Below, one piece after another: positions 38,517 through 49,119 of a stretch of DNA of 64,000 nt. The stretch lies in assembly GCA_947457565.1 (NCBI GenBank), contig CANGWH010000001.1, forward strand, positions 7,226-71,225. The letters are read 5' to 3'. The position numbers and the translations under genes were made by a program. The notes beneath the pieces were generated by a model that saw nothing but the letters and a program-made list of their open reading frames with translations, made no database searches and was not told the origin of the DNA. Numbering within the stretch: the stretch's first letter is position 1; every line of letters starts with the position of its first letter. Source of the stretch: Flavobacteriales bacterium. Lineage in GTDB: Bacteria; Bacteroidota; Bacteroidia; NS11-12g; UBA955.

Positions 38517-39926
38517 ATGAACAATATTAATCCAAAACAAACAACATTACAATCAACAATAGAATTATCGGGGGTTGGTTTACATACAGGAGCGAATGTG
38601 ATATTGCGGATAAAACCAGCTGCTGAAAATCATGGTTATAAATTTAAAAGAACTGATTTACCAGAAGAACCTATAATCGAAGCCGATTGCGATTTGGTTA
38701 CCGATACTTCCAGGGGTACAACCTTAGAAAAAAATGGGGCTAGTGTTTCTACCGTTGAACACGTTTTGGCAGCTTTGGTTGGCATGGAAGTGGATAATGC
38801 CCTTATTGAAATTGATGGTCCTGAAATGCCAATAATGGATGGAAGTTCTTTACCTTTTGTGCATGCAATTGAATCTTGTGGAATTGTTGAATTAGATGCC
38901 GATCGAGAATATTTCGAAATCCCTTACAATATTCATTACACCAATGAAGAGAATAATGTAGAGATTATTGCAATGCCGGTGAATGAGTACAGAATTACCG
39001 TAATGGTTGATTATAATTCACCCGTTTTAGGTAGTCAACATGCTGGATTAACAAATTTGTTAGATTTCAAATCAGAAATTGCTCCTTGCAGGACATTTTG
39101 TTTCCTTCACGAATTGGAATATTTATTAAATAACAATCTTATCAAAGGTGGTGATTTAAATAACGCTATAGTTGTAGTAGATAGAGAGGTAAAACAAACA
39201 GAATTAGATCGATTAGCACAAGTCTTTAATAAGCCTAAAGTAGAGGTTACAAATAGTGGGATTTTGAATACATTGGAACTCCGTTATCAAAACGAACCTG
39301 CTCGACATAAATTATTGGACATGATAGGAGATTTAGCCTTGTGTGGAATGCCGATAAAGGGTCAGATCATGGCTGCGAGACCAGGACACGCAAGTAATGT
39401 AGCATTTGCTAAGAAGATTAAGCAAGTGATGAAAAAAGAGATACGCAGAAAACAAGAAGGTGTGCCAAATTACAATCCTAATGAAAAACCATTATACACC
39501 ACTAAAGACATCATTAAGATGTTACCCCATGCTCACCCATTTTTATTGGTTGATAAAATATTAAATAAGGATGATAAATCCATTGTTGGGGTAAAAAACA
39601 TAACCTATGATCAACCCTTTTTCAATGGACATTTTCCAGGCGATCCTATAATGCCGGGAGTATTACAATTGGAAGCGATGGCACAAGCAGGTGGAATTTT
39701 AATTTTAAGCACCGTTGATGATCCAGAAAATTATGGTACCTACTTTTTGAAAATTGAAAATGCTAAATTCAAGGATAAGGTAGTTCCGGGGGATACTTTA
39801 ATAATGAAACTCGAGTTAATTGAACCTGTTCGAAGAGGCTTATGTGTTATGCGCGGCCGAGCTTGGGTTGGTGAAAAATTAGTTTGTGAGGCAGAAATGA
39901 TGGCACAAATCGTTAAACTTGCATAA
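38517..39926 (+). CDS. lpxC/fabZ: Bifunctional UDP-3-O-acyl-GlcNAc deacetylase / 3-hydroxyacyl-ACP dehydratase
   Basis: LpxC N-terminal half (HTGANV, ELDGSS...) fused to a FabZ hotdog C-terminal half (LPHAHPFLLVDKIL). This fusion is characteristic of Bacteroidota. Confidence 0.9.
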   Translation: MNNINPKQTTLQSTIELSGVGLHTGANVILRIKPAAENHGYKFKRTDLPEEPIIEADCDLVTDTSRGTTLEKNGASVSTVEHVLAALVGMEVDNALIEIDGPEMPIMDGSSLPFVHAIESCGIVELDADREYFEIPYNIHYTNEENNVEIIAMPVNEYRITVMVDYNSPVLGSQHAGLTNLLDFKSEIAPCRTFCFLHELEYLLNNNLIKGGDLNNAIVVVDREVKQTELDRLAQVFNKPKVEVTNSGILNTLELRYQNEPARHKLLDMIGDLALCGMPIKGQIMAARPGHASNVAFAKKIKQVMKKEIRRKQEGVPNYNPNEKPLYTTKDIIKMLPHAHPFLLVDKILNKDDKSIVGVKNITYDQPFFNGHFPGDPIMPGVLQLEAMAQAGGILILSTVDDPENYGTYFLKIENAKFKDKVVPGDTLIMKLELIEPVRRGLCVMRGRAWVGEKLVCEAEMMAQIVKLA

Positions 39927-39943
39927 TTCAAACCGTTCCAATC

Positions 39944-40726
39944 ATGATTCAACCCTTGGCTTACGTCCACCCAACGGCAAAAATTGCCGACAACGTAGTT
40001 ATTGATCCGTTTGTTACAATTCACGCCGATGTAGAAATTGGCGAAGGGACGCACGTTATGTCCGGTGCCGTAATTTTTAAAGGTAGTAGAATCGGGAAAC
40101 GTTGTAGAATTTTTCCTGGCGCCTCCATTGGAGCGATTCCACAGGATTTGAAATTTGATGGCGAAGAGACACAAACAATAATTGGCGATAATACTACAAT
40201 CAGAGAATTTGTAACTATCAATAAAGGAACCAAAGCATTGGGTTACACAAAAGTTGGTAGTAATGTATTATTAATGGCCTATGTGCACCTAGCCCATGAT
40301 TGTATCGTTGAAGATAATTGCATATTAGCGAACAGCGTTCAGGTAGCCGGACATGTGCACATTGGGGAATCTGCTATTCTTGGCGGGTCTGCATTGGTTC
40401 ACCAGTTTGTAAAAATAGGAAAACACGCTATGGTAGGCGGTGGTTCATTGGTTAGAAAAGATGTTCCACCCTTTACAAAAGCTGCGAGAGAACCATTAAG
40501 TTACGAAGGTGTAAATTCTGTTGGATTACGTAGAAGAGGATTTACAACGGATAAAATAGCTGAAATTCAAGACATTTATCGTGTATTATTCGTAAAAGGA
40601 TTTAATGCAACAAAATCGTTAAAAATTATTGAAACTGAATTTATTCCAACTACTGAGAGGGATGAAATTCTCTCCTTTATCAAAGAATCCGATAGAGGTA
40701 TTATGAAGGGATATGCTAGCAAGTAA
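39944..40726 (+). CDS. lpxA: Acyl-ACP--UDP-GlcNAc O-acyltransferase
   Basis: Hexapeptide-repeat beta-helix and LpxA C-terminal helical domain. Confidence 0.9.
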   Translation: MIQPLAYVHPTAKIADNVVIDPFVTIHADVEIGEGTHVMSGAVIFKGSRIGKRCRIFPGASIGAIPQDLKFDGEETQTIIGDNTTIREFVTINKGTKALGYTKVGSNVLLMAYVHLAHDCIVEDNCILANSVQVAGHVHIGESAILGGSALVHQFVKIGKHAMVGGGSLVRKDVPPFTKAAREPLSYEGVNSVGLRRRGFTTDKIAEIQDIYRVLFVKGFNATKSLKIIETEFIPTTERDEILSFIKESDRGIMKGYASK

Positions 40727-40728
40727 TT

Positions 40729-41385
40729 ATGAAAATAATCGTTGAAAACTGCGGAAAAAGCTTTCACAGACAATGGTTATATAGAAATATCAATTATACT
40801 TTTGAAATTCCAGAAAAGGATAATTCAACTACGATAGCATTATTAGGGTCAAATGGAAGTGGTAAAAGTACTTTTGGATTGATGCTATTGGGGCAAATTT
40901 CGCCAACAGAAGGTAGTATAACTTGGTTAGATAATAACAATAAGAAATTATCCATAGCTGAAATTATTTCCCAGTCGATTTTAATATCACCTGGTTTAGA
41001 ATTACCTGAGGAGTTAAGCTTAACAGAATGGTTTAATTTTCACAGCTCATTACGGGGATTTTCAAATAATTTTAATCTATCAATGTTATTGGAAATGTGT
41101 AGTTTCCCAAATAATACATTGACTAAATCATTGGGTACATTTTCAAGCGGGATGAAACAGCGTGTAAAACTTGTAACAGGATTTTTTACGCGGTCATCCG
41201 TATTATTTTTAGATGAGCCTTTATCAAATCTAGATGATAAAGGAATTCTCTTATATCAAGAATTAGTTTCTAAATTCACAGCAAATCGATTAATAATTGT
41301 TGCTTCCAATAGAACCGATGAGTATGAATTCTGCACAAATGGAATAAAGATTCAGAACGGTGGCTTGGAAACCATCAACTTCTAG
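40729..41385 (+). CDS. ABC transporter ATP-binding protein (divergent sequence; no permease in the cluster)
   Basis: Walker A GSNGSGKST, signature FSSGMKQR, Walker B VLFLDEPLSNLD. Follows lpxA by 2 nt. Confidence 0.65.
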   Translation: MKIIVENCGKSFHRQWLYRNINYTFEIPEKDNSTTIALLGSNGSGKSTFGLMLLGQISPTEGSITWLDNNNKKLSIAEIISQSILISPGLELPEELSLTEWFNFHSSLRGFSNNFNLSMLLEMCSFPNNTLTKSLGTFSSGMKQRVKLVTGFFTRSSVLFLDEPLSNLDDKGILLYQELVSKFTANRLIIVASNRTDEYEFCTNGIKIQNGGLETINF

Positions 41386-41408
41386 AAAAATGAATCGATT
41401 ATAACTTT

Positions 41409-43745
41409 TTACCGTACAATTATTAGTTTACAATTAGCAAGCATTTGAGATTTATTAAATGCAGAAACTGAATAAACTCCTGTTGGTAAATGAGAAATAG
41501 TAAATCCGATACCTGACTCTCCATTATTAATTACTGAGGATAAAACTTTTTTACCATGAATATCACTGATTTCTATTCTATTCATTGATGAAAAAGTTGG
41601 TATTTCAACAAATACATTCGTAGCTGCTGGATTTGGAAATACTCGTAATAACGAAACTTCATTAAATGTCTCTGTATTGTTCAGTGCTGGCTTAAGAGAT
41701 TTAAGTGAATTCGCCCAAACCAAACCACCTCTTCCTAATCCAGCAATAAATTCAGGAATAGAATCCCCATTTAGATCTGTTAAATCAGGAGTTAATAAGT
41801 ATCCCAATCTACCAGTTATAGAATCTCCCATGGATGTATATGATTTAAACCACTGTGTATCACCAACTAACGAATCGGTAATTGAGTGTCCTTGAATTCT
41901 ATAGAGTAAAGGTGTCCCATGCGCAGTACCAACAATTAATTCTATTTGTCCGTCATTATTAAGATCCGCAATCCGTGGAACAGCATTTCCAAAACTAATA
42001 AAGCCAACAGGATTGATATCATAACGATATTCGTTTGCTTTTACCCCATAGGCACTGCTATGAAATCTAACAAATGTATTATTGCCTTCATTCTTGTAGG
42101 CAACTACCTTCCCATTATAATATCCAATCAACAAATCATTTTTTCCATCATTATTGAAATCATAAATACATGGGGCTGCACCACTTTCTCCTAAAATCCC
42201 AGATTTAGGAATAATATTGACTGATTTAAATATCCAATTAACGGGTTTGTTACTGCCAGCAATATTCTCATAGTAAACCACCCTACCCGACCGAACACCA
42301 ATTAATAAATCCAAGTCACCATCATTGTCTAAATCACCTACTGCCGGGATTGAATGATGAAATAATGTGTCATTATTTTCAGATATTTTCAAATAGTCGT
42401 TGTTATTTAAAACAAACACGGCAGAATCCGCAGAACCATTATTTACAAATAATGTAAGTTTATCTCTTAAACCCTTCGTCTTTGAATAATCGCCATTATT
42501 GGCAATCAGTAAATCTTTGTCGCCATCTGCATCAACATCGACAAATACCGGTGCCGACTTACCTCCAAAATCTAAAGTTTTATCTATCAAGAAGTTAGTT
42601 CGCTGAAATTCGAATTCTGTTTTACCTAAGGTTCCTTTATTTTTATAATACCAAACTTGCTGTGTTTCTTTACCATCAGGTACACCATTGGGAGCAACAA
42701 TTAAATCAGGTAAGCCATCACCACTGGCATCAATTGTAAATCCTGCTGGAAAAATAAATTCATTGGCAAGTTTTGTGTTGGCAGGAAACATGGTATCATA
42801 CGTCACCATAGTATCGAATGCCGATTTATTTTCTTTACGACCATTTTTAAGTTTTGTAAAATTGGAAAACCCAATATTTGAAATTACCAATTCAACATCA
42901 CCATCCGAATCTTCATCGTAAGTAAAACAAGCGCTACCATTGGCATGTCTAGGCTTAAGTTTAAGAGTAAATGGTGGGCATTCACCCAAAAGAATGGAAT
43001 TATTAACGCCTTCATTAAAATAACCAAAACAAACATCCATAATCTGAAATTCAAACGTATCCGTAGACCAACCCATTTCCTTTCGAACATCCCGGAATTG
43101 ACGATAGGTGAAATTTCCTGCATCGTACGTAAGTAAATCTAAATCTCCATCTCCATCCATGTCTTTAATTTCTGGCAAATCCAAGATTGGAAAACTAATT
43201 AAATTGTATAAAGGTAGATTATCAGTATCATTATATTGGTTACGATAGAATAGATCGCCTAAATCCGTAAATTTCAATCTACCATTAGGTGAGGGTGCTA
43301 ATTGTTTATGTATTTTCAATCCCCCTGTTTTAGTGGCAGTAAAAATATCAAGTTTACCATCTGAATTTAGATCAGCCGTTTTATAATAATAATTGCCTTT
43401 GGGTAATTCTGATTCATATTCAGGTACATAGCGAAATTGATCGTCCTTAATGCGTACATAAGGGAATAACTTAGAATCGTATCGATCAAAAACTATTACA
43501 TCCAGCTTTCCATCCAAGTTCAAATCTAAATGACAAAATTGAGGGGCATTTAAACCACCAATAAAGGGTTGCTCGATTAAAAAATTATCAATATAAAAAG
43601 GCACAGCGGCCGTGCTTACTCGGTATTGTATTTTAGATGTATCACTGTTCAAATGAGCGGCAGCACAGTAACAATTCATGGAGAATAAACCCATAATTAA
43701 AACGATAAAACAGCTCTTTATTTTTATGGATAATATCGATTTCAT
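41409..43745 (-). CDS. FG-GAP/VCBS-repeat (integrin-alpha-like beta-propeller) protein with a T9SS type-A (Por_Secre_tail) C-terminal sorting domain
   Basis: About seven D-x-[DN]-x-D-G-x-x-D-[LI] repeats (DLNSDGKLD, DMDGDGDLDLL, DVDADGDKDLL, DLDNDGDLDLL, DFNNDGKNDLL, DLNNDGQIELI). C-terminus LLRVFPNPAATNVFVEI...GVYSVSAF... Confidence 0.75.
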   Translation of the reverse strand: MKSILSIKIKSCFIVLIMGLFSMNCYCAAAHLNSDTSKIQYRVSTAAVPFYIDNFLIEQPFIGGLNAPQFCHLDLNLDGKLDVIVFDRYDSKLFPYVRIKDDQFRYVPEYESELPKGNYYYKTADLNSDGKLDIFTATKTGGLKIHKQLAPSPNGRLKFTDLGDLFYRNQYNDTDNLPLYNLISFPILDLPEIKDMDGDGDLDLLTYDAGNFTYRQFRDVRKEMGWSTDTFEFQIMDVCFGYFNEGVNNSILLGECPPFTLKLKPRHANGSACFTYDEDSDGDVELVISNIGFSNFTKLKNGRKENKSAFDTMVTYDTMFPANTKLANEFIFPAGFTIDASGDGLPDLIVAPNGVPDGKETQQVWYYKNKGTLGKTEFEFQRTNFLIDKTLDFGGKSAPVFVDVDADGDKDLLIANNGDYSKTKGLRDKLTLFVNNGSADSAVFVLNNNDYLKISENNDTLFHHSIPAVGDLDNDGDLDLLIGVRSGRVVYYENIAGSNKPVNWIFKSVNIIPKSGILGESGAAPCIYDFNNDGKNDLLIGYYNGKVVAYKNEGNNTFVRFHSSAYGVKANEYRYDINPVGFISFGNAVPRIADLNNDGQIELIVGTAHGTPLLYRIQGHSITDSLVGDTQWFKSYTSMGDSITGRLGYLLTPDLTDLNGDSIPEFIAGLGRGGLVWANSLKSLKPALNNTETFNEVSLLRVFPNPAATNVFVEIPTFSSMNRIEISDIHGKKVLSSVINNGESGIGFTISHLPTGVYSVSAFNKSQMLANCKLIIVR

Positions 43746-43863
43746 TGATTGAATAGTCCGAAAATACTAAATAATCATTAGATTTTTAGTAGGAGTTGAT
43801 ATAATCCATTTCGTTTGGCATTTTTTCCAATAGATTATCGATTTATTGTAATTTTACAAATCA

Positions 43864-45201
43864 ATGAGTGCTATTTTAGAATTATACACACTATTCCAGA
43901 ACTACGGCTATAAATACTCTACCGATAGCAGAAATATTTCCCAAGGCGATATTTTCTTTTGCCTTATCGGCGACAAATTCGATGCTAATCGGTTTGCGGA
44001 AGAAGCAAAAAAAAATGGTGCTTCGATTGTTGTAACCAATCGTGAAGATTTAAAAGATAAGGAGGGTTATTATTTCACAGTTAATCCATTAACTACATTT
44101 CAAGAATTATCAAAAATACACGCTGCTAATATGCCAGCTAAAAAGATAATTATTGGAGGAAGTAACGGGAAAACTACTACGAAGGAGCTTATTGCCTGTG
44201 TTTTATCTGGACATGGGGAAACGCATGTTACTGCGGGAAACTTTAACAATCATATTGGAGTACCTATTACATTGCTTGGCTTACGACCCCATCATAGTTT
44301 TGCAGTTATTGAGATGGGGACTAATCATCCCGGTGAAATGCATACTTTGTGTTCCTTAGTAAATCCCGAAATTGGTATAATAACAAACATCGGAAAAGAG
44401 CATTTGGAAGGTTTTGGTGATTTAGAAGCAGTAGCAAAAGAAGAAAGTGAAGTATTTCTAAGAATTCTTGAATGTAATGGTACAGCTGTGATAAACGGGG
44501 ATGACCCTTGGATAAACTCTATGTCCAAGCGTATTAGCAAAAAAATAACCATCAATATAGTTAACGAAAAGTTTACACAGGCAATAAATTCTATTGCGGA
44601 AAGAGAATTCTTGGCTTATATAAATCAAGCGATGCCAAATTTGCAATTAACCATTCAATATCCAGGAAGTACCTTGGAAGTCTTGGATTTTGCACTTGCA
44701 GGTTCTTATAATGCGTACAATTTATTATTTGGTTTAGCTATAGGAAATTATTTCGGTATTACATCCGAAGATTGTATTGCTTCAATGCAGCAATATTCTC
44801 CTAAAAACAACAGAAGTGAATGGAGACAGATAGGCAATACCAAAATATTCCTAGACGCCTATAATGCAAATCCCAGTAGTATGGAAGCTTCTATTCGTTC
44901 CTTTGATACATTGCCAGGCAAAAAAATCTATTTTTTAGGAGACATGCTCGAACTGGGAGAGCATAGTAAATTGGAACACCTTAATATTTTAGTTTTACTG
45001 AGTGAGTTGGGTGTACTAGATTCTACTTTTCTAGTGGGTGATGAGTTCCACAAACATTGTAAACAATTTCCAATGCGATTTACCAATACAAGTAGTTTAT
45101 TGGCATGGTTAGATACCCACCCGGTAGAGGCAGATTATGTTTTTGTTAAAGGCTCTCGTGGTATAAAAATGGAAAATGTGTTAGATCATTTCCAGAACTA
45201 A
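43864..45201 (+). CDS. murF: UDP-N-acetylmuramoyl-tripeptide--D-alanyl-D-alanine ligase
   Basis: Mur-ligase P-loop GSNGKTTTKE and C-terminal domain. Confidence 0.85.
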   Translation: MSAILELYTLFQNYGYKYSTDSRNISQGDIFFCLIGDKFDANRFAEEAKKNGASIVVTNREDLKDKEGYYFTVNPLTTFQELSKIHAANMPAKKIIIGGSNGKTTTKELIACVLSGHGETHVTAGNFNNHIGVPITLLGLRPHHSFAVIEMGTNHPGEMHTLCSLVNPEIGIITNIGKEHLEGFGDLEAVAKEESEVFLRILECNGTAVINGDDPWINSMSKRISKKITINIVNEKFTQAINSIAEREFLAYINQAMPNLQLTIQYPGSTLEVLDFALAGSYNAYNLLFGLAIGNYFGITSEDCIASMQQYSPKNNRSEWRQIGNTKIFLDAYNANPSSMEASIRSFDTLPGKKIYFLGDMLELGEHSKLEHLNILVLLSELGVLDSTFLVGDEFHKHCKQFPMRFTNTSSLLAWLDTHPVEADYVFVKGSRGIKMENVLDHFQN

Positions 45202-45239
45202 CACATTTTTATAATTACAGTTATTTGAGCTTTTTATAA

Positions 45240-46262
45240 TTACTGATTCAGCAACATTACCGCACCAGTTACCACCATATTTATAATGGCTAACGGAATC
45301 AATGATTTCCATCCTAATCGCATAAGCTGATCGTAACGGAAACGAGGTAAGGTCCATCGTATCCACATGAAAACAAAGACAAAGAAGAATATTTTCGCAA
45401 ACATTACAGCCACTTGAAGTAAGGATAACACAGTTGGATTCGCAATTGCATCCATGCCTGGGAAATTATAGCCACCCAAGTATACACTAGCCATTACTGC
45501 ACTAGAAACAAACATATTGATATATTCGGAAAACAGGTAAAAACCTAACTTCATTGACGAATATTCGGCATGATAGCCACCTATTAACTCTGTTTCACAC
45601 TCTGCTAAATCAAAAGGTGCTCGATTACATTCGGCCAAAGCACAAACAAAAAACAATAAGAAACCTAATGGTTGATACCAAATATTCCAATTTAGACCAT
45701 GTTGTTGTTCTACCATTTCTCGAAGGCTCAGTGTTCCACTCATCATAACTACAGCAATCAACGCTAAGCCCATACTCAATTCATAACTAATCATTTGAGC
45801 GCTTGCCCGAATTGCTCCATATAAGGAATATTTATTATTGGAGGCCCATCCACCAATCATGATTCCATATACACCGATACTAACAATTCCCATCACATAC
45901 AAAACCCCAATATCAACATCCGCTACTTGTAGACTTACATTTCTACCGAAAATTTCTATGGATGTGCCCCATGGAATAACAGCGCTAGTTATAGTAGCTA
46001 CAACCATTGCTGTAGCCGGTCCAATAATAAACAACCATTTTTCTGCAGTTTTGGGAATAATCTCCTCCTTAAACAACAATTTTCCTCCATCAGCAAATGG
46101 CTGTAACAAACCCAAAGGACCTACTCTATTAGGACCAAGTCGATCCTGAAAATAAGCGGCAATTTTACGTTCACCAAACGTTAAATACAATGCAATGACA
46201 AGGGTAACCGCAAGGATTACAACAATTAAAATTAATTTTTCAAGAATTAACGCGTAATCCAT
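45240..46262 (-). CDS. nuoH: NADH-quinone oxidoreductase subunit H
   Basis: 8-TM NuoH/ND1 with conserved GERKIAAYFQDRLGPNRVGPLGLLQPFADG. Confidence 0.9.
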   Translation of the reverse strand: MDYALILEKLILIVVILAVTLVIALYLTFGERKIAAYFQDRLGPNRVGPLGLLQPFADGGKLLFKEEIIPKTAEKWLFIIGPATAMVVATITSAVIPWGTSIEIFGRNVSLQVADVDIGVLYVMGIVSIGVYGIMIGGWASNNKYSLYGAIRASAQMISYELSMGLALIAVVMMSGTLSLREMVEQQHGLNWNIWYQPLGFLLFFVCALAECNRAPFDLAECETELIGGYHAEYSSMKLGFYLFSEYINMFVSSAVMASVYLGGYNFPGMDAIANPTVLSLLQVAVMFAKIFFFVFVFMWIRWTLPRFRYDQLMRLGWKSLIPLAIINMVVTGAVMLLNQ

Positions 46263-46263
46263 A

Positions 46264-47232
46264 TTATGCTTTATTTAAAAGTGGGGTATGCTTAGGAATT
46301 TCTAATTCGTAATGATTGGCAGAAATCACCGAAGTTCTATCGATATGTCGAGGACCTTCTATAGTCCAATCTGACTTTTCTTTCTTGTGAAATCTACAAT
46401 CGTTGCAAATAAATTCTTTCACCTCACCGAATTGATCTTTTCTTGCTGTTACACGAGCAACCTCATCTCCTATCATCCAAGCAACTGCTTTACCAGAACA
46501 TGTAGGGCAATCTCTGTGCACATCCATTGGTTTAGTATACCATACCCGAGAACGAAATCTAAACGTTTTATCCGTCAATGCACCAACGGGACATACATCA
46601 ATAACATTACCTATGAAATCATTTGTTAAATTATTTTCGATAAAGGTACCTATTTCTGCGGCATCCCCTCTCTTAAGTACTCCATGTTCTCGTTTATCCG
46701 TTAGTTGATTGGCTGTATAAACGCAGCGGTAACATAAAATACAACGCGTCATATGCAACTTTATATATTCGCCAATATCTAATTTTTCAAACGTTCTGCG
46801 TTCAAATTCATAGCGAGTATTGGATTTACCATGTTCGTAGGCTAAATCTTGAAGATGGCACTCCCCTGCTTGGTCACAAATTGGACAATCTAAGGGATGG
46901 TTAATTAATAACATTTCAACCACACCCGAGCGTGCATCTAATACACGTTGACTAGATTTATTTTTTATCTCCATACCATCCATAACGGTAGTAGAGCAAC
47001 TAGCCACCAATTTTGGCATAGGTCTTGGATCTTTTTCCGATCCTTTAGAAACTTCAACGAGACACGTTCTACATTTACCTCCGCTGCCTTTCAAACTAGT
47101 ATAGTAGCACATTGCTGGTGGCACAGAATCACCACCTAACAGACGAGCTGCGTTCAATATTGTTGTACCCGGATCAACTTCTACGGTATGTCCGTCAATC
47201 GTAATTTTAAATTTTGGTGTAGCTTCTGACAT
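46264..47232 (-). CDS. nuoG: NADH-quinone oxidoreductase subunit G (short form, Fe-S domains only)
   Basis: 2Fe-2S ferredoxin N-terminus (CYYTSLKGSGGKCRTCLVE) and 4Fe-4S Cys clusters; 322 aa. Confidence 0.85.
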   Translation of the reverse strand: MSEATPKFKITIDGHTVEVDPGTTILNAARLLGGDSVPPAMCYYTSLKGSGGKCRTCLVEVSKGSEKDPRPMPKLVASCSTTVMDGMEIKNKSSQRVLDARSGVVEMLLINHPLDCPICDQAGECHLQDLAYEHGKSNTRYEFERRTFEKLDIGEYIKLHMTRCILCYRCVYTANQLTDKREHGVLKRGDAAEIGTFIENNLTNDFIGNVIDVCPVGALTDKTFRFRSRVWYTKPMDVHRDCPTCSGKAVAWMIGDEVARVTARKDQFGEVKEFICNDCRFHKKEKSDWTIEGPRHIDRTSVISANHYELEIPKHTPLLNKA

Positions 47233-47237
47233 ACTGA

Positions 47238-48590
47238 TTATGCATTAACGGATTCAAAAGTTTTTTCTTTAACCAAGCCATAATTTGTTTCTAAACAACG
47301 TTTTGGCTCATTCACATGCCATTCAAATTCTTCTCTGAAATGTCGAATAGCCGCTGCTACTGGCCAAGCCGCTGCGTCTCCAAGTGGACAAATAGTATTT
47401 CCTTCTATTTGGCGTTGAATATCCCAAAGCAAATCGATATCTTCCATTTTGCCATGGCCATATTCTAAACGATGTAACACTTTTTCCATCCAGCCAGTAC
47501 CTTCTCTACAAGGAGAACATTGGCCACAACTTTCGTGATGATAGAATCTTGAAAAATTCCAAGTATTCCTAACGATGCATTGATCTTCATCGTAAACGAT
47601 AAATCCACCTGATCCAAGCATACTGCCAGACGCAAAGCCCCCATCGGCTAAACTTTCGTAGGTCATTAAACGAGATTCGCCAGCAGCCGTTTTGGTTATT
47701 AAATAATGAGGTAAAATAGGAACAGAGGATCCACCTGGCACGCAAGCTTTAATCCGTTTTCCATTTTTCATTCCTCCACAGTACTGATCGGAATAAATAA
47801 ATTCTTCTACAGAAACCCCTAATTCGATTTCATATACACCCGGTTTATTTATATTTCCAGAGGCTGAAATTAATTTAGTTCCTGTACTTTTTCCTACACC
47901 TATTGCAGCATAAGAATCGCCACCTTCATTAACAATTGGAACAACAGCAGCAATAGTTTCAACATTATTTACCACCGTTGGTCTGGCCCAAAGACCTTGA
48001 ACAGCAGGAAATGGTGGTTTCATCCTAGGATTACCCCTCTTACCTTCTAAACTTTCAATTAGTGCTGTTTCTTCACCACAAATGTAAGCACCCGCTCCAG
48101 GACTAACATGTAAATCCAAATCGTATCCAGATCCTTGAATATTTTTTCCTAGCCAGCCATTGGCATATGCTTCGGCAATTGCTCTTTCAAGTATCTGTAA
48201 TACATACATGTACTCCCCTCGAATATAGATATATGAGGAATTGCAACCCAAAGCATACGAAGAAACAATCATTCCTTCGATTAACAAATGGGGAATCTTC
48301 TCCATCAAATATCGGTCTTTGAAAGTACCAGGTTCGGATTCATCGGCATTACACAACAAATGACGAGGAACACCTTCGGGCTTTGCAATGAAACTCCATT
48401 TCATTCCAGTGGGGAAACCAGCACCTCCGCGACCTCTTAGCCCAGATTTTTTAACTTCTTCAACCACATCTTCAGGGGACATGGATTTCAACGCTTTTTC
48501 TACGGCTTTATATCCGCCATTCTTACGATAAACGTCGTAGGTATGTATACCTTCAACCTGCGCGTGTTCAAGCAATAATTTTCTAGCCAT
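47238..48590 (-). CDS. nuoF: NADH-quinone oxidoreductase subunit F
   Basis: FMN/NADH-binding GAGAYICGEETALIESLEG; 4Fe-4S C-terminus. Confidence 0.9.
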   Translation of the reverse strand: MARKLLLEHAQVEGIHTYDVYRKNGGYKAVEKALKSMSPEDVVEEVKKSGLRGRGGAGFPTGMKWSFIAKPEGVPRHLLCNADESEPGTFKDRYLMEKIPHLLIEGMIVSSYALGCNSSYIYIRGEYMYVLQILERAIAEAYANGWLGKNIQGSGYDLDLHVSPGAGAYICGEETALIESLEGKRGNPRMKPPFPAVQGLWARPTVVNNVETIAAVVPIVNEGGDSYAAIGVGKSTGTKLISASGNINKPGVYEIELGVSVEEFIYSDQYCGGMKNGKRIKACVPGGSSVPILPHYLITKTAAGESRLMTYESLADGGFASGSMLGSGGFIVYDEDQCIVRNTWNFSRFYHHESCGQCSPCREGTGWMEKVLHRLEYGHGKMEDIDLLWDIQRQIEGNTICPLGDAAAWPVAAAIRHFREEFEWHVNEPKRCLETNYGLVKEKTFESVNA

Positions 48591-49116
48591 TGTTTTCTAG
48601 CCCCATATAATTAGCTACCGGTTTATTTCGGTACATTTCTATCAATTGATCAACTTTTTCCTCTGTTAAATGTTCATGAAATTTTTCACCTGCTTGTAAC
48701 ATTGGTGCATAACCGCAAGCACCCAAACACTCTACCGTTTTTAAGGTAAAAATACCATCTGAAGTGGTTTCGCCATCTTTTATGCCTAATTTCTTTTCTA
48801 TATAAGAAACAATGGTTTCAGCCCCTTCAATCATGCATGGACCCGTTCTACAAACTTCTAATTTTACCCTCCCAACAGGTTGGGTATCGTACATGCTGTA
48901 AAATGTGGCAACCTCGTATACCTCTATAGGTAAAATATGCAGCAATCTAGCCACGTAATCCATTACGGGAGTGGATAAATAACCAAAATGTGCTTGGGCA
49001 ATATGCAACACACGAATCAATGCACTTTTCTGTTTACCTTCAGGAAACTGAGATATTATTCTACCTACTTCTTTGAGTAAGTGTTCTGGAAATTGAATTT
49101 CTTGATTTTCAGTCAT
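48583..49116 (-). CDS. nuoE: NADH-quinone oxidoreductase subunit E
   Basis: Thioredoxin-like 2Fe-2S (CRTGPC...CLGACGYAP). Confidence 0.9.
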   Translation of the reverse strand: MTENQEIQFPEHLLKEVGRIISQFPEGKQKSALIRVLHIAQAHFGYLSTPVMDYVARLLHILPIEVYEVATFYSMYDTQPVGRVKLEVCRTGPCMIEGAETIVSYIEKKLGIKDGETTSDGIFTLKTVECLGACGYAPMLQAGEKFHEHLTEEKVDQLIEMYRNKPVANYMGLENNG

Positions 49117-49119
49117 TGG